64,000 nt of DNA from an uncultured Enterobacterales bacterium (GTDB lineage: Bacteria; Myxococcota_A; UBA796; CAJQPC01), in the NCBI GenBank assembly GCA_964519895.1, contig CAZFLE010000015.1, positions 2,073 to 66,072 on the forward strand, written 5' to 3'. How positions within the stretch are numbered: position 1 is the stretch's first letter; each line of letters begins with the position of its first letter. Made by a program: the position numbers and the translations under genes. Positions 26,546-35,209 of this stretch are shown in pieces. A model generated the notes under the pieces. The model had not been told where the DNA came from. It made no database searches and worked only from the letters and a program-made list of their open reading frames with translations.

Positions 26546-26634
26546 CCCCGCCCTCAGGGCGGCTCCGGTGGATTCCCCGGCTCCCCAGTCACCGCGTGCA
26601 CCGCCTGGGCCGCACGGAGGTCTCGACCTGGACA

Positions 26635-26661
26635 ATACAGTTATAATCGTGTATATACATG
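26635..26661 (+). promoter_or_regulatory. AT-rich promoter/operator of the arsR-like gene
   Basis: ATACAgttataatcgTGTATATACAtg contains TATAAT (26642-26647) and the perfect 10-bp palindrome TGTATATACA, which abuts the start codon. The surrounding sequence is about 70% GC. Confidence 0.5.
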
Positions 26662-27003
26662 TTTATGAATACTTCACTCCAGGCCCTGGCAGACCCCAGC
26701 CGACGCCGCATCGTCGAGCTGCTGCTCGCCCGGGAGCTGCCGGTCGGCGAGCTGGTCGAGGCCTTGCCCATCGCCCAGTCCGGCGTGTCCCGGCACCTGC
26801 GCATCCTGCGAGAGGCCGGCATGGTGCGGTGCCGGGCAGAGGGTCAGCGGCGGCTCTACGCCCTACAACCCGAGCCCTTCGCCGAGCTCTCGGACTGGCT
26901 GGCCGAGGTGCGGCGGCACTGGGACCACAGTCTGGATCGCTTCGAGATGGCGCTGGCGCAGCGCCAGTCCCCCACCCCACCCGAGACCAAGGACGAGACA
27001 TGA
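26659..27003 (+). CDS. ArsR/SmtB family transcriptional regulator
   Basis: LADPSRRRIVELL...ELPVGELVEALPIAQSGVSRHLRILREAGMV is a winged HTH. The start may be the second ATG at 26665. Confidence 0.85.
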   Translation: MFMNTSLQALADPSRRRIVELLLARELPVGELVEALPIAQSGVSRHLRILREAGMVRCRAEGQRRLYALQPEPFAELSDWLAEVRRHWDHSLDRFEMALAQRQSPTPPETKDET

Positions 27004-27455
27004 GCACGCAACAGACCATCGAGCGGGTCTTCGACGCACCCCTGGCGCTGATCTGGGAGCTCTGGACCACCGCGGCGGGCCGCGGAGCCTGGTACGGGCC
27101 GCGAGGCTTCGTGACAGAGGTGCACCGCTACGAGCTGCACGTCGGGGGCGCGTTCGACTACACGATGCGGGCGGGCTCCCCCGAGATGGCCGCGAACATG
27201 GAGAAGATGGGCCGGCCCCCGTCCTTTACGGTGAACGCTGTCATCACGGCCATCGAGCCCATGACCCACCTGGCCTGGCGAGAGACCCACGGCAGCGCCA
27301 GCATCGACACGGCGGTGACCTTCACCGAGCAGCCCGAGGGCGTGCACATGACCCTGGTGCTCGCGGCCGCGACGGAGCAGCAGCTGGGCGGCGCCGCGAT
27401 GGGCTGGCGCAGCACACTCGACCGGCTCGAGGAGCAATTGGCACAAGGGGCCTGA
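27000..27455 (+). CDS. SRPBCC superfamily protein (AHSA1/Aha1-like)
   Basis: Its ATG overlaps the arsR stop (ATGA). IERVFDAPLALIWELWT is typical of AHSA1-domain partners of ArsR regulators. Confidence 0.75.
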   Translation: MSTQQTIERVFDAPLALIWELWTTAAGRGAWYGPRGFVTEVHRYELHVGGAFDYTMRAGSPEMAANMEKMGRPPSFTVNAVITAIEPMTHLAWRETHGSASIDTAVTFTEQPEGVHMTLVLAAATEQQLGGAAMGWRSTLDRLEEQLAQGA

Positions 27456-27467
27456 AACCTTGGGCGT

Positions 27468-28334
27468 TCACCTGGGCGCCGGGTGCTCCCGTTCCGGCGC
27501 CCGGGCGAGCGCACCCAGTCCGAGGGCCGCCAGGACCACGCCCCACAGACCGGCGATCCACCGGTTGTCGACCACCCAGGCGGCCGCAGACGCCCCGGTC
27601 TCCCGCCAGACGATGAAGCCGGCCATCGCCAGGACGAAGACCCCGAACCCACGACGGAGCGACGCTCCCGGGACCCTGGACGCGAGCTGGGCACCCGCCA
27701 GCGCGCCCAGCACGGCCCCGGCGGTGACCGCACCGGCCAGCGCCAGGTCGACGGGCACATCGACCGCGTGGCCCGCATAGGCCGCAAAGGACTTCAGGGC
27801 GATCACGAGCAACGAGGTTCCGATGGCCCGGTGCATGTCCATGCCCCCGAGCAGGACCAGCGCCGGCACCACCAGGAAGCCCCCGCCGGCGCCCACCAGC
27901 CCTGTCGCCGCTCCGACCCCCAAGCCCTCGGCGACCACCAAGGCCACTGGCGGGGACCCGGCCCAGGGCCCCGGGGCCGCCGAGCTGCGGCCTCGGAACA
28001 TGCCCAGGGCGGTGGCGACCATCATGGCGGCGAACAGCAGGAGCAGCGTCGATCCGCTGAACCACCCGGCCGCCCGGCCGCCGAGGTAGCCCCCGGCCAT
28101 CGCCGTGGCCCCGAACAAGAGCCCCGTGCGCCAGGCCACGTTGCCCGCCCGCGCATGGGGCCAGAGCGCAAAGGCCGACGTGGTCCCGACGATCAGCAAG
28201 GACGTGGCGATGGCCTCGCGCGGCTCCAGACCCACGGCATAGGTCAGGATCGGCACCGCGAGGATCGACCCACCACCGCCCATCAGGCCAAGGGCGAGGC
28301 CGATGAGCACGGAGAGCGCCACGGCGATCCACAC
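27468..28334 (-). CDS. TauE/SafE (TSUP) sulfite exporter family permease, copy 2
   Basis: Colinear with copy 1. A GTG at 28334 (or 28322) was chosen because the track ORF start at 28379 lies inside the inserted repeat element. Confidence 0.8.
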   Translation of the reverse strand: MWIAVALSVLIGLALGLMGGGGSILAVPILTYAVGLEPREAIATSLLIVGTTSAFALWPHARAGNVAWRTGLLFGATAMAGGYLGGRAAGWFSGSTLLLLFAAMMVATALGMFRGRSSAAPGPWAGSPPVALVVAEGLGVGAATGLVGAGGGFLVVPALVLLGGMDMHRAIGTSLLVIALKSFAAYAGHAVDVPVDLALAGAVTAGAVLGALAGAQLASRVPGASLRRGFGVFVLAMAGFIVWRETGASAAAWVVDNRWIAGLWGVVLAALGLGALARAPEREHPAPR

Positions 28335-28336
28335 GG

Positions 28337-28500
28337 CTATTCCCCTGTCGCAGAAGTTCGCGAGGCACTCGCGAAGCAATCGTCGCGCCTGGTGGATTCC
28401 AGACGCGGCCGGTGTGGCCGAGTCACATCAACGCGGCTGGGAGCCGCCAGGCGCGACGAGGGCGAGCGAGTGTCCGTGAACTTCTGCGACATGGGACTAG
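28337..28500. mobile_element. MITE-like element, copy 2, inserted in the yeeE-B/tauE junction of sulfur module 2
   Basis: 164 bp, gap-free colinear with copy 1. The arms are ctattcccctgtcgcagaagttcgcg and cgtgaacttctgcgacatgggactag (23 of 26 pair). It is flanked by CTA(T)/CTA(G). The paralogous junction in module 1 (19487-19492) has no insert. Confidence 0.7.
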
Positions 28501-28955
28501 TGCCGCCGCTCAGGAGAGGCGACGCGGGCCAGGGGTCTCCCGGCGAGGGCGTCCACGCGGTGCACCAGCACCATGCCGGCCAACATGGCGGCCAGGAAGG
28601 TGAGCGCCTTGGGGCCGCCCGGCAGGGCAGAGACCACCGCAGGGCCCGGACAGTAGCCAGCCAGACCCCAGCCCACGCCAAAGAGGGCGGCGCCCACGAC
28701 CAGGCGGGCGTCGAGGTCCCGCCGGGTCGGCATCCTGAAGGCGTCGGAGCACAGGGGCGACCGCCGGCGTTCGATCAACCAGCGCAGCGGGGCGTGCACG
28801 AGCAGGGCCCCGACCATCACGACCCCCAGGCTCGGGTCCCAGGTGCCGAGGACGTCCAAGAAGCCGACGACCACGTCGGGGCGGGTCATCCCCGACACCA
28901 CGAGGCCGATGCCAAAGACCAGGCCCGAGGCGGCTGCGGTGATCAGTCCCCTCAC
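28497..28955 (-). CDS. YeeE/YedE half-protein B, copy 2
   Basis: GTGA start overlap as in copy 1, with the [11 protein letters not shown] motif. Its TAG stop lies in the terminal CTAG of the inserted element. Confidence 0.75.
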   Translation of the reverse strand: MRGLITAAASGLVFGIGLVVSGMTRPDVVVGFLDVLGTWDPSLGVVMVGALLVHAPLRWLIERRRSPLCSDAFRMPTRRDLDARLVVGAALFGVGWGLAGYCPGPAVVSALPGGPKALTFLAAMLAGMVLVHRVDALAGRPLARVASPERRH

Positions 28956-29383
28956 AGCCCACCTCCCAGCCACTGGCTGACCGCGGTGGCGCTGGCCGCG
29001 CCGGTGGCCATGAAGGTGAGCACGCTGACCAGCGAGCGCGGGGAGCTCCGAGCCAGCCCACACACGCCGTGCCCGCTGGTGCAGCCGTTCCCGAGCCGAG
29101 TGCCAGCGCCCACCAGCATCCCCGCGACGACGAGAGCGGCGGTGGACCGAGAGAGCGGATTCACGAAGGCCTCGGGAGCGGCAGGGGCGAGCAACAGTCC
29201 CGCCCCACTCAGCCCGATCACGAACGCGCCCTGGAGATGGCGGTCCCCAGTGCGACGCTGGAGCAGCCCGCCGACGATGCCGCTGATCCCAGCGACGCGA
29301 CCGTTGAACAACAGGTAGCCGGACGCCGCCAAGCCGATGAGCATCCCGCCCACGAGCGGCGGGAGGAGCGCTTGAATGGTCAT
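28952..29383 (-). CDS. YeeE/YedE half-protein A, copy 2
   Basis: ATGA overlap with the pdo stop, with the [12 protein letters not shown] motif. Confidence 0.75.
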   Translation of the reverse strand: MTIQALLPPLVGGMLIGLAASGYLLFNGRVAGISGIVGGLLQRRTGDRHLQGAFVIGLSGAGLLLAPAAPEAFVNPLSRSTAALVVAGMLVGAGTRLGNGCTSGHGVCGLARSSPRSLVSVLTFMATGAASATAVSQWLGGGL

Positions 29384-30438
29384 CGTGTGGCTCCGTCGCT
29401 GGACACCCGCACCACTGGGAGGCCAAGGGCGGTCCAGGCGGCCATGCCGCCTTCCACGGACGCGACCTGGGCCAAGCCACGGGCCCGGAGCCCCAAGGCG
29501 GCGTCGCCCGAACGCCGGCCCGAGTGGCAGACCAGGGCGACCCGAGCGTCGCTCGACCACGCGCCCGCGGCCTCGCCGAGCTCGCCAAGGGGGACCCGCA
29601 AGGCGTTGGGAATGCACCCCAGCGGTCCGCAGCACTCGACCGGCTCGCGAATGTCGACCACCTGAAGCCGCGCCGGGTTCGCCGCCACCCACTGGGGGTC
29701 GACCTCGGGGATGCCGCCGCGGCTCATGACGATGGGAAGGCCCGTCGCAGGCACCCCGCACGCCCGGTTCGCGGGCAGCGCGACGTCGATGCGCCTGGGG
29801 TAGGGAAGCCCTAGCCCGTTCATCAAGCGGATGAAGTCAGCCTCGGGGCGTCCCTGCCCGAGCCGGGCATTGTGTTGCTTCTCGACGCCCACGGTGCTGA
29901 CCGTGCGGCCCCTGTAGTCGTGGCCGGGGTACACCCGGGTGGCGTCCGGAAGCGTGAAGATCTGCTCGTGCACGGAGCGGTAGAGGGTGCTCGCGTCGCC
30001 CTCCTGGAAGTCCGTGCGTCCGCAGCCGCCGATCAGCAGGGCGTCCCCGGTGAAGACCATGGCCTGGTCCAGGGTGACGAAGCTCACGCAGCCCGCGGTG
30101 TGACCCGGCGTGGCCCGGACCTGCAGCCCAAATCGACCGAACCGCACGACCTCGCCGTGCCCGACGGTCTGGTCGGAGCAGCTCACCCCTGCGGCCTCGC
30201 TGACCACCGCCTCGCAGCCGAGGCGGTCACGGAAAGCCGTGGCGCCGGTCACGTGATCGGCGTGCACGTGGGTGTCGAGCGTGCACACCAGGCGCAGGCC
30301 CAGCTCCTCGACCAGGGCCGCATCCCGCTCGACCTGCTCCAGCACGGGATCGATGATGACCGCCTGGGCACTGACGGGATCGGCCAGGAGGTAGGTGTAG
30401 GTGGAGGTGTCCGGGTCGAACAGCTGTCGGAAGATCAT
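29380..30438 (-). CDS. Persulfide dioxygenase-rhodanese fusion, copy 2
   Basis: 352 aa starting [18 protein letters not shown], with THVHADHV and a rhodanese CHSGRRS loop. Confidence 0.85.
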   Translation of the reverse strand: MIFRQLFDPDTSTYTYLLADPVSAQAVIIDPVLEQVERDAALVEELGLRLVCTLDTHVHADHVTGATAFRDRLGCEAVVSEAAGVSCSDQTVGHGEVVRFGRFGLQVRATPGHTAGCVSFVTLDQAMVFTGDALLIGGCGRTDFQEGDASTLYRSVHEQIFTLPDATRVYPGHDYRGRTVSTVGVEKQHNARLGQGRPEADFIRLMNGLGLPYPRRIDVALPANRACGVPATGLPIVMSRGGIPEVDPQWVAANPARLQVVDIREPVECCGPLGCIPNALRVPLGELGEAAGAWSSDARVALVCHSGRRSGDAALGLRARGLAQVASVEGGMAAWTALGLPVVRVSSDGATR

Positions 30439-30472
30439 CGGGGTGCCTGGGAGGGAGTTGGCTTCACTGTGA

Positions 30473-30487
30473 GCAACGGCCGTGCCA
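30473..30487 (-). promoter_or_regulatory. Sigma-54 promoter (-24/-12) of sulfur module 2
   Basis: The minus strand reads TGGCACggccgTTGC, an exact consensus spacing, in the same position relative to pdo as in module 1. Confidence 0.75.
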
Positions 30488-30558
30488 ACACCTTCCGCCT
30501 CGCGTTTCCAGCCACTTGGAGACCTGCCGAACCAAGAGTTGATTCATAATGTCTCAAC

Positions 30559-31509
30559 ATGAAGCAATATGATCGTCCAAGCACGCGCACATTCCACGGC
30601 ATGGTGACCGCGTCACCCCAGATGGCCCATCTCTTCGCGCTGGTGGCGCGCGTCTCCGAGCCTGATTCGTCTGTGTTGATCCGCGGAGAGACCGGCACCG
30701 GCAAGGAGCTCGTTGCCCGGGCCATTCATGCCCTGAGCCCCCGCCGGAACGCGGCCTTTCGGGCGGTCAACTGCGCCACCCTCACCCCCGAGCTGCTCGC
30801 GTCGGAGCTGTTCGGGCACCGTCGCGGCGCCTTCACCGGGGCCATCCGGGACAAGCCTGGTCTGTTCCAGCTCGCCGACGGCGGCACGCTCTTCCTGGAC
30901 GAGATCGCCGAGATCCCCTTGGACATCCAGGGGCGACTGCTGCGGGTCCTGCAGGAGCGCTCCTTCGTGCCGGTGGGCGGGACCGAGCCGGTGCAGGTCG
31001 ACGTGCGCGTGCTGGCGGCGACGCACCGAGCCCTCCGCCGCGAAGTCCAAGCCGGGCGCTTCCGGGCAGACCTGATGTACCGGGTCCGTGTGGTGCCGCT
31101 GTTTCTCCCGCGCCTGGTGGAGCGCACGGGCGACATCGAGGCCCTGGCCTGGCACTTCATCGACGACTTCAACCGGCGGGGCTTCCGGCAGGTCGACCAT
31201 CTGGCGCCAGAGACCCTGGACCTGCTCCACGCCCACCCGTGGCCGGGCAACGTGCGCGAGCTCCGGAACGTCATCGAGCACGCCTTCGTGATGGGCACGG
31301 GCCCCGACCTGGTGCCCGACGACCTGACGCCCGAGCTTCGCGGGGAGCCGCCGCGGGCAGACCCCGGCGCGGCGACCGCGCTCCAGGCCGAGCGGGACCG
31401 GATCCTGTCGGCGCTGAACCGCGCGCGAGGGCACAAGGGCAAGGCCGCGGAGATCCTGGGGTGCAGCCGATCGACGCTGTGGCGGAAGATGCGGGAGCAG
31501 CGGCTCTGA
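30559..31509 (+). CDS. Sigma-54-dependent transcriptional activator lacking a sensory domain, copy 2
   Basis: 316 aa, colinear with copy 1 (about 45 mismatches by hand alignment). It has GAFTGA, Walker A/B and a Fis HTH. Confidence 0.9.
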   Translation: MKQYDRPSTRTFHGMVTASPQMAHLFALVARVSEPDSSVLIRGETGTGKELVARAIHALSPRRNAAFRAVNCATLTPELLASELFGHRRGAFTGAIRDKPGLFQLADGGTLFLDEIAEIPLDIQGRLLRVLQERSFVPVGGTEPVQVDVRVLAATHRALRREVQAGRFRADLMYRVRVVPLFLPRLVERTGDIEALAWHFIDDFNRRGFRQVDHLAPETLDLLHAHPWPGNVRELRNVIEHAFVMGTGPDLVPDDLTPELRGEPPRADPGAATALQAERDRILSALNRARGHKGKAAEILGCSRSTLWRKMREQRL

Positions 31510-31601
31510 CTCGGCAGACCATGAACCGTCCCCGTCCACTCAGGCCTCCCGGTGGGGCAGGTGGGCGGGCTCGGCGCAGGCCGTCGCCGAGGGCGCCAGA
31601 G

Positions 31602-32108
31602 TCACTCGGCAAGGGCAGCCACGGCCCTGGCCACCAGGTCAACGCTGGCGGGCACGGGCCCCACGCCCTCTCCCAGGGTCATCTGGCGGCCTTGCTTGAT
31701 CGGTCCCAGCAGCACCAGGTAGGACTGACCCTGGCGGGTGTAGGCGTCCCGCAGTCCAGGCCGATCGGCGCGGGCTGTCTTGGAACCGGCCACGACCCAC
31801 TGGTGCACCGTGTGGCGCCCGGGCTGCAGGCCACCGGAGAGCACCCGGCCCACGTCGAATGTGAGCGCCTGGGACGCGATCTCGTACCCACTCCAGCTGT
31901 CGGGGGGCTCCCCGACCGCCACCAGGGTGCCCACGAAGGCGCCGGTGGCCTGGGAGAGGAGCAGGAGGACCGCGTCTTCGGCGGCCCGGTCTTCGGCCTG
32001 GGCGATGAAGTCCACGGGGGTGTCCTGGGCAGGGCTCTGCGGGGGCGGTTCCTGGGATGCTGCGGCACAGCCCGCGAGCACGGCCAGGGTGGGCAGCAGG
32101 GTGCTCAA
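31602..32108 (-). CDS. Hypothetical lipoprotein
   Basis: This is the tail of track ORF 31602..32432. The TTG start gives STLLPTLAVLAGC, a signal plus lipobox. Confidence 0.45.
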   Translation of the reverse strand: MSTLLPTLAVLAGCAAASQEPPPQSPAQDTPVDFIAQAEDRAAEDAVLLLLSQATGAFVGTLVAVGEPPDSWSGYEIASQALTFDVGRVLSGGLQPGRHTVHQWVVAGSKTARADRPGLRDAYTRQGQSYLVLLGPIKQGRQMTLGEGVGPVPASVDLVARAVAALAE

Positions 32109-32362
32109 GGTCGGGCGGCGTAGCCGCGCTCGCTGTTGTACTCGTTCTCGACGTCGATGCCCTGTTGGTGCGACGCGGGGAAGCGGCTGGCCTGGTCGGC
32201 GTCGAGGGTGGCGAGGTCGGTCCGATAGGTGGCGACGTCGTTGACGAAGCTCTGGGCCAAGGCGATGTCGCCGGGAGACGAACCGCCCGGGGGTGCGCCA
32301 CCCGCCGTCAGGGCGGCCACGATGGCGCTCTGGGTCGCGGTGAGCGCGCCCTGGCGGGCCAC
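32105..32362 (-). CDS. Hypothetical small protein (85 aa)
   Basis: It has a GTG start and its stop overlaps the lipoprotein's TTG start. Composition is protein-like but no recognisable domain was found. Confidence 0.3.
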   Translation of the reverse strand: MARQGALTATQSAIVAALTAGGAPPGGSSPGDIALAQSFVNDVATYRTDLATLDADQASRFPASHQQGIDVENEYNSERGYAARP

Positions 32363-32421
32363 CAGCGCTCGGGCCCGCTGCGCCAGCGGATCGGATACGC
32401 CTTCGGCCTGACCCGGAGGCC

Positions 32422-33024
32422 TTGATGACCACGTCCCTGACCTACTTCGACTTCGACGGCTCCCGCGGCCTGGAGTGCCGCCTGGCCCTGACCCTGGCCG
32501 GGGTGGACTTCGAGGACGTCCGCATCAAGCGCGAGCAGTGGCCGGGGCTGAAGCCCGAGCAGCCCTTTGGGGCGCTGCCGGTCCTGGACCAGGACGGTCG
32601 CAAGCTCGCCCACTCGGCCGCCATCCTGGGCTACATCGGACGCGCCCACGGGCTCCACCCGAGCGATCCCTGGGAAGCCGCCCGGCACGACGCCATCATG
32701 GTGTCGGTCGAGGACCTGCGGGCCAAGGTGCCCGGGGGCCGGGACATGTCCGACGACGCCAAGAAGGCCGCCCGCGAGGCTTTTGCCGCCGGCTGGCTCG
32801 CCCAGTGGGCCAGCACCGTGTCCGAGCAGATCCAGGGACCGTTCTTGGCCGGGGAGCAGCTGAACGTCGCCGACCTCAAGGTCTTCGTCATCCTCAAGGC
32901 CTACCTCAACGGTGGCTTCGACCACATCCCCGCCAGCGTGTTCGACGCGTGGCCCGAGCTGCTCGCACACCAGGCCGCCGTGGCCGCCCACCCCGGGGTC
33001 CAGGCCTACTTCGCCGGGCGCTGA
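32422..33024 (+). CDS. Glutathione S-transferase
   Basis: 200 aa with an N-terminal thioredoxin-like fold (FGALPVLDQDGRKLAHSAAILGYI) and an alpha-helical C-domain. Confidence 0.8.
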   Translation: MMTTSLTYFDFDGSRGLECRLALTLAGVDFEDVRIKREQWPGLKPEQPFGALPVLDQDGRKLAHSAAILGYIGRAHGLHPSDPWEAARHDAIMVSVEDLRAKVPGGRDMSDDAKKAAREAFAAGWLAQWASTVSEQIQGPFLAGEQLNVADLKVFVILKAYLNGGFDHIPASVFDAWPELLAHQAAVAAHPGVQAYFAGR

Positions 33025-33026
33025 CC

Positions 33027-34517
33027 ATGTCCGTGCCGACCCAGCTCGTGATCTTCGGCGCGTCCGGGGACCTGGCCCAGCGCAAGCTGGTCCCCGCCCT
33101 GCTGGGCAACGTGGCCGAGGGCGCACTGTCCCAGGGCCTGCAGGTCGTGGGCGTGTCGCGCTCGGAGCGCACCAGCGAGGGGTGGCGAACACGGCTCGAT
33201 CCGCACATCCCATCGGAGCTCCGGTCCACGTGGCATGGCTTCCGGGACCAGCTGCACTGGGTGAGCTGCGATCCGACGCGACCGGGCGCCGTGGCCCAGC
33301 TCAAGATCGCGCTGGACGGGCTCATCGCCCAGGCCGGCGGGCACCCCGTGCGCTCCGGGCGGCTCTTCTACCTGGCGCTGGCACCAGCGCTGTTCGGTCC
33401 GGTGGTCCAGGCCCTGTCCGACGAGGGCATGCTGGCCTGTCCGCCGGACAGCGCCGAAGGCTGGCGACGGGTCGTGGTCGAGAAGCCCTTTGGCAAGGAC
33501 CTGGCCAGCGCCAAGGCGTTGAACCAGGCCCTGCTCAGCCACCTGCGCGAGGACCAGCTCTTCCGCATCGACCACTACCTGGGCAAGGAGACCGTCCAGA
33601 ACATCCTGGCTCTGCGGTTCCAGAACGCGATCTTCGAGCCCCTGTGGAACCGCCAACACGTGGAGTCTGTGGAGATCTCGGTCTGCGAGACCGTGGCCAT
33701 GGAGGGCCGCCGGGGGGCCTACTACGACACGGCGGGGGCTCTGCGGGACATGGTGCAGAACCACCTCCTCCAGGTGCTCGCCCTGGTCGCGATGGAGGCC
33801 CCCGGGGCGCTCCGGGCCGACGCCATCCGGAACGAGAAGGTCAAGGTGCTCCAGGCCCTGCGCCCCTTCTCGGCCCAGCGGGTCCAGAGCGACGTGGTCC
33901 GCGCCCAGTACGCCGCAGGCCCTGCCCGGGATCGGGGCTACCTGGTGGAGCCCGGTGTGGCCCAGGGCTCGACCACCGAGACCTTCGTGGCCATGCGGGC
34001 CCTGGTGGACAACTGGCGCTGGAGCGGGGTGCCGTTCCTGTTGCGCACCGGCAAGGCTCTGCCCAAGCGCTTCAGCGAGGTGGTCCTGCGCTTTCGCACG
34101 CCGCCGGTGGACCTGTTGAACGGCCCGCTGCCCGAAGACACCTGTGCCCTGCGGCCCAACGACCTGCGCCTGCTGATCCAGCCGGTCGAGGCGATGCGCT
34201 GGTCCTTCCTGGTCAAGCAGCCGGGACCGGGCATGGTCATGCGCCCGGCGGAGCTCGGCTTCGACTACGCGTCGATGGGCGAGGGCCCGACGCCCCCGGC
34301 GTACCAGCGCCTCCTGTTGGATGCCCTGGAGGGCAACGCGACCCTGTTCATTCGCGGCGACGAGGTCGAAGCGGCGTGGTCCTTTGTCGACGGCATCCGC
34401 GAGGGGTGGCACGCCACCGGGGCGCCGGTCCACCAGTACCCGGCCGGCTCCCGGGGTCCCGAGGCAGCGGACAGCCTGTTCCGCGGCTGTGAGGGCACCT
34501 GGAGTGCCGGCCCGTGA
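33027..34517 (+). CDS. zwf: Glucose-6-phosphate dehydrogenase
   Basis: Carries FGASGDLAQRKL, RIDHYLGKE, EKPFG and NWRW motifs. The start was trimmed to the ATG at 33027. Confidence 0.9.
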   Translation: MSVPTQLVIFGASGDLAQRKLVPALLGNVAEGALSQGLQVVGVSRSERTSEGWRTRLDPHIPSELRSTWHGFRDQLHWVSCDPTRPGAVAQLKIALDGLIAQAGGHPVRSGRLFYLALAPALFGPVVQALSDEGMLACPPDSAEGWRRVVVEKPFGKDLASAKALNQALLSHLREDQLFRIDHYLGKETVQNILALRFQNAIFEPLWNRQHVESVEISVCETVAMEGRRGAYYDTAGALRDMVQNHLLQVLALVAMEAPGALRADAIRNEKVKVLQALRPFSAQRVQSDVVRAQYAAGPARDRGYLVEPGVAQGSTTETFVAMRALVDNWRWSGVPFLLRTGKALPKRFSEVVLRFRTPPVDLLNGPLPEDTCALRPNDLRLLIQPVEAMRWSFLVKQPGPGMVMRPAELGFDYASMGEGPTPPAYQRLLLDALEGNATLFIRGDEVEAAWSFVDGIREGWHATGAPVHQYPAGSRGPEAADSLFRGCEGTWSAGP

Positions 34518-35209
34518 CCCTGACGGTGACGGACTCGGTGGGGGCCACGGCCGGCCGCCTGCTCGATGAGGCACTCACCCGGGCCAAGCACACCAGAGGC
34601 CGCGCGAGCCTGGCCGTGCCCGGCGGGGGCAGCCCGCTGTCCGTGTTCCGGTGGCTGGCCGAGCACCACGATGGGGGTGGCACGCTGCTCACCTGGGTCG
34701 ACGAGCGGCACCTGCCCTGCGACCCGAACGGGCCGTGGCAGGACCTGCCTGCCGAGAGCAACCTGCGAGGCGCCTGGGAGCACTGGCTCTCCCGGACGAA
34801 CCGGCCCCCTGCGCTGCTGCCGATGGTCAGCCCCGGGACCCTGGACCAAGCCTGCGCGACCTTCGCGGCGGCGTGGTCCGGCCGCGTCGAGCGCCTGGAC
34901 GCCGTGCTCCTGGGCATGGGCCCCGACGGCCACGTGGCGTCCCTGTTCCCCGGGCACCCCGTGCTGTCGGCGACCGGGGTCTGTGCCGCGGTGAGCGACA
35001 GTCCCAAGCCGCCGTCAGAGCGCCTGACCCTGACCCTGCCCACGCTGCTCGCGGCCGAGACCGTGGTGCTCGTGGCGACCGGGGCCGCCAAGGGCGCTGC
35101 CCTGGCCCGGGCGGCCGCCGGCGACCCTCACCTTCCCCTGACCCCGCTGTGGCAGCGAGACGACCTGGCCGTCGTGCTCGATCCGGCCGCGGCTTCGGAG
35201 CTCCCGTGA
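34514..35209 (+). CDS. pgl: 6-phosphogluconolactonase
   Basis: Carries LAVPGGGSP, LLGMGPDGHVASLFPG and LTLTLP motifs. Its GTG start overlaps the zwf stop. Confidence 0.85.
   Translation: MTLTVTDSVGATAGRLLDEALTRAKHTRGRASLAVPGGGSPLSVFRWLAEHHDGGGTLLTWVDERHLPCDPNGPWQDLPAESNLRGAWEHWLSRTNRPPALLPMVSPGTLDQACATFAAAWSGRVERLDAVLLGMGPDGHVASLFPGHPVLSATGVCAAVSDSPKPPSERLTLTLPTLLAAETVVLVATGAAKGAALARAAAGDPHLPLTPLWQRDDLAVVLDPAAASELP

Noticed and set aside
28335-28379. An N-terminal extension of tauE copy 2 (MLRECLANFCDRGIA...) given in the ORF track.
   Set aside because: These codons lie inside the terminal repeat of the inserted 164-bp element and have no counterpart in copy 1. The GTG start homologous to copy 1 lies downstream.
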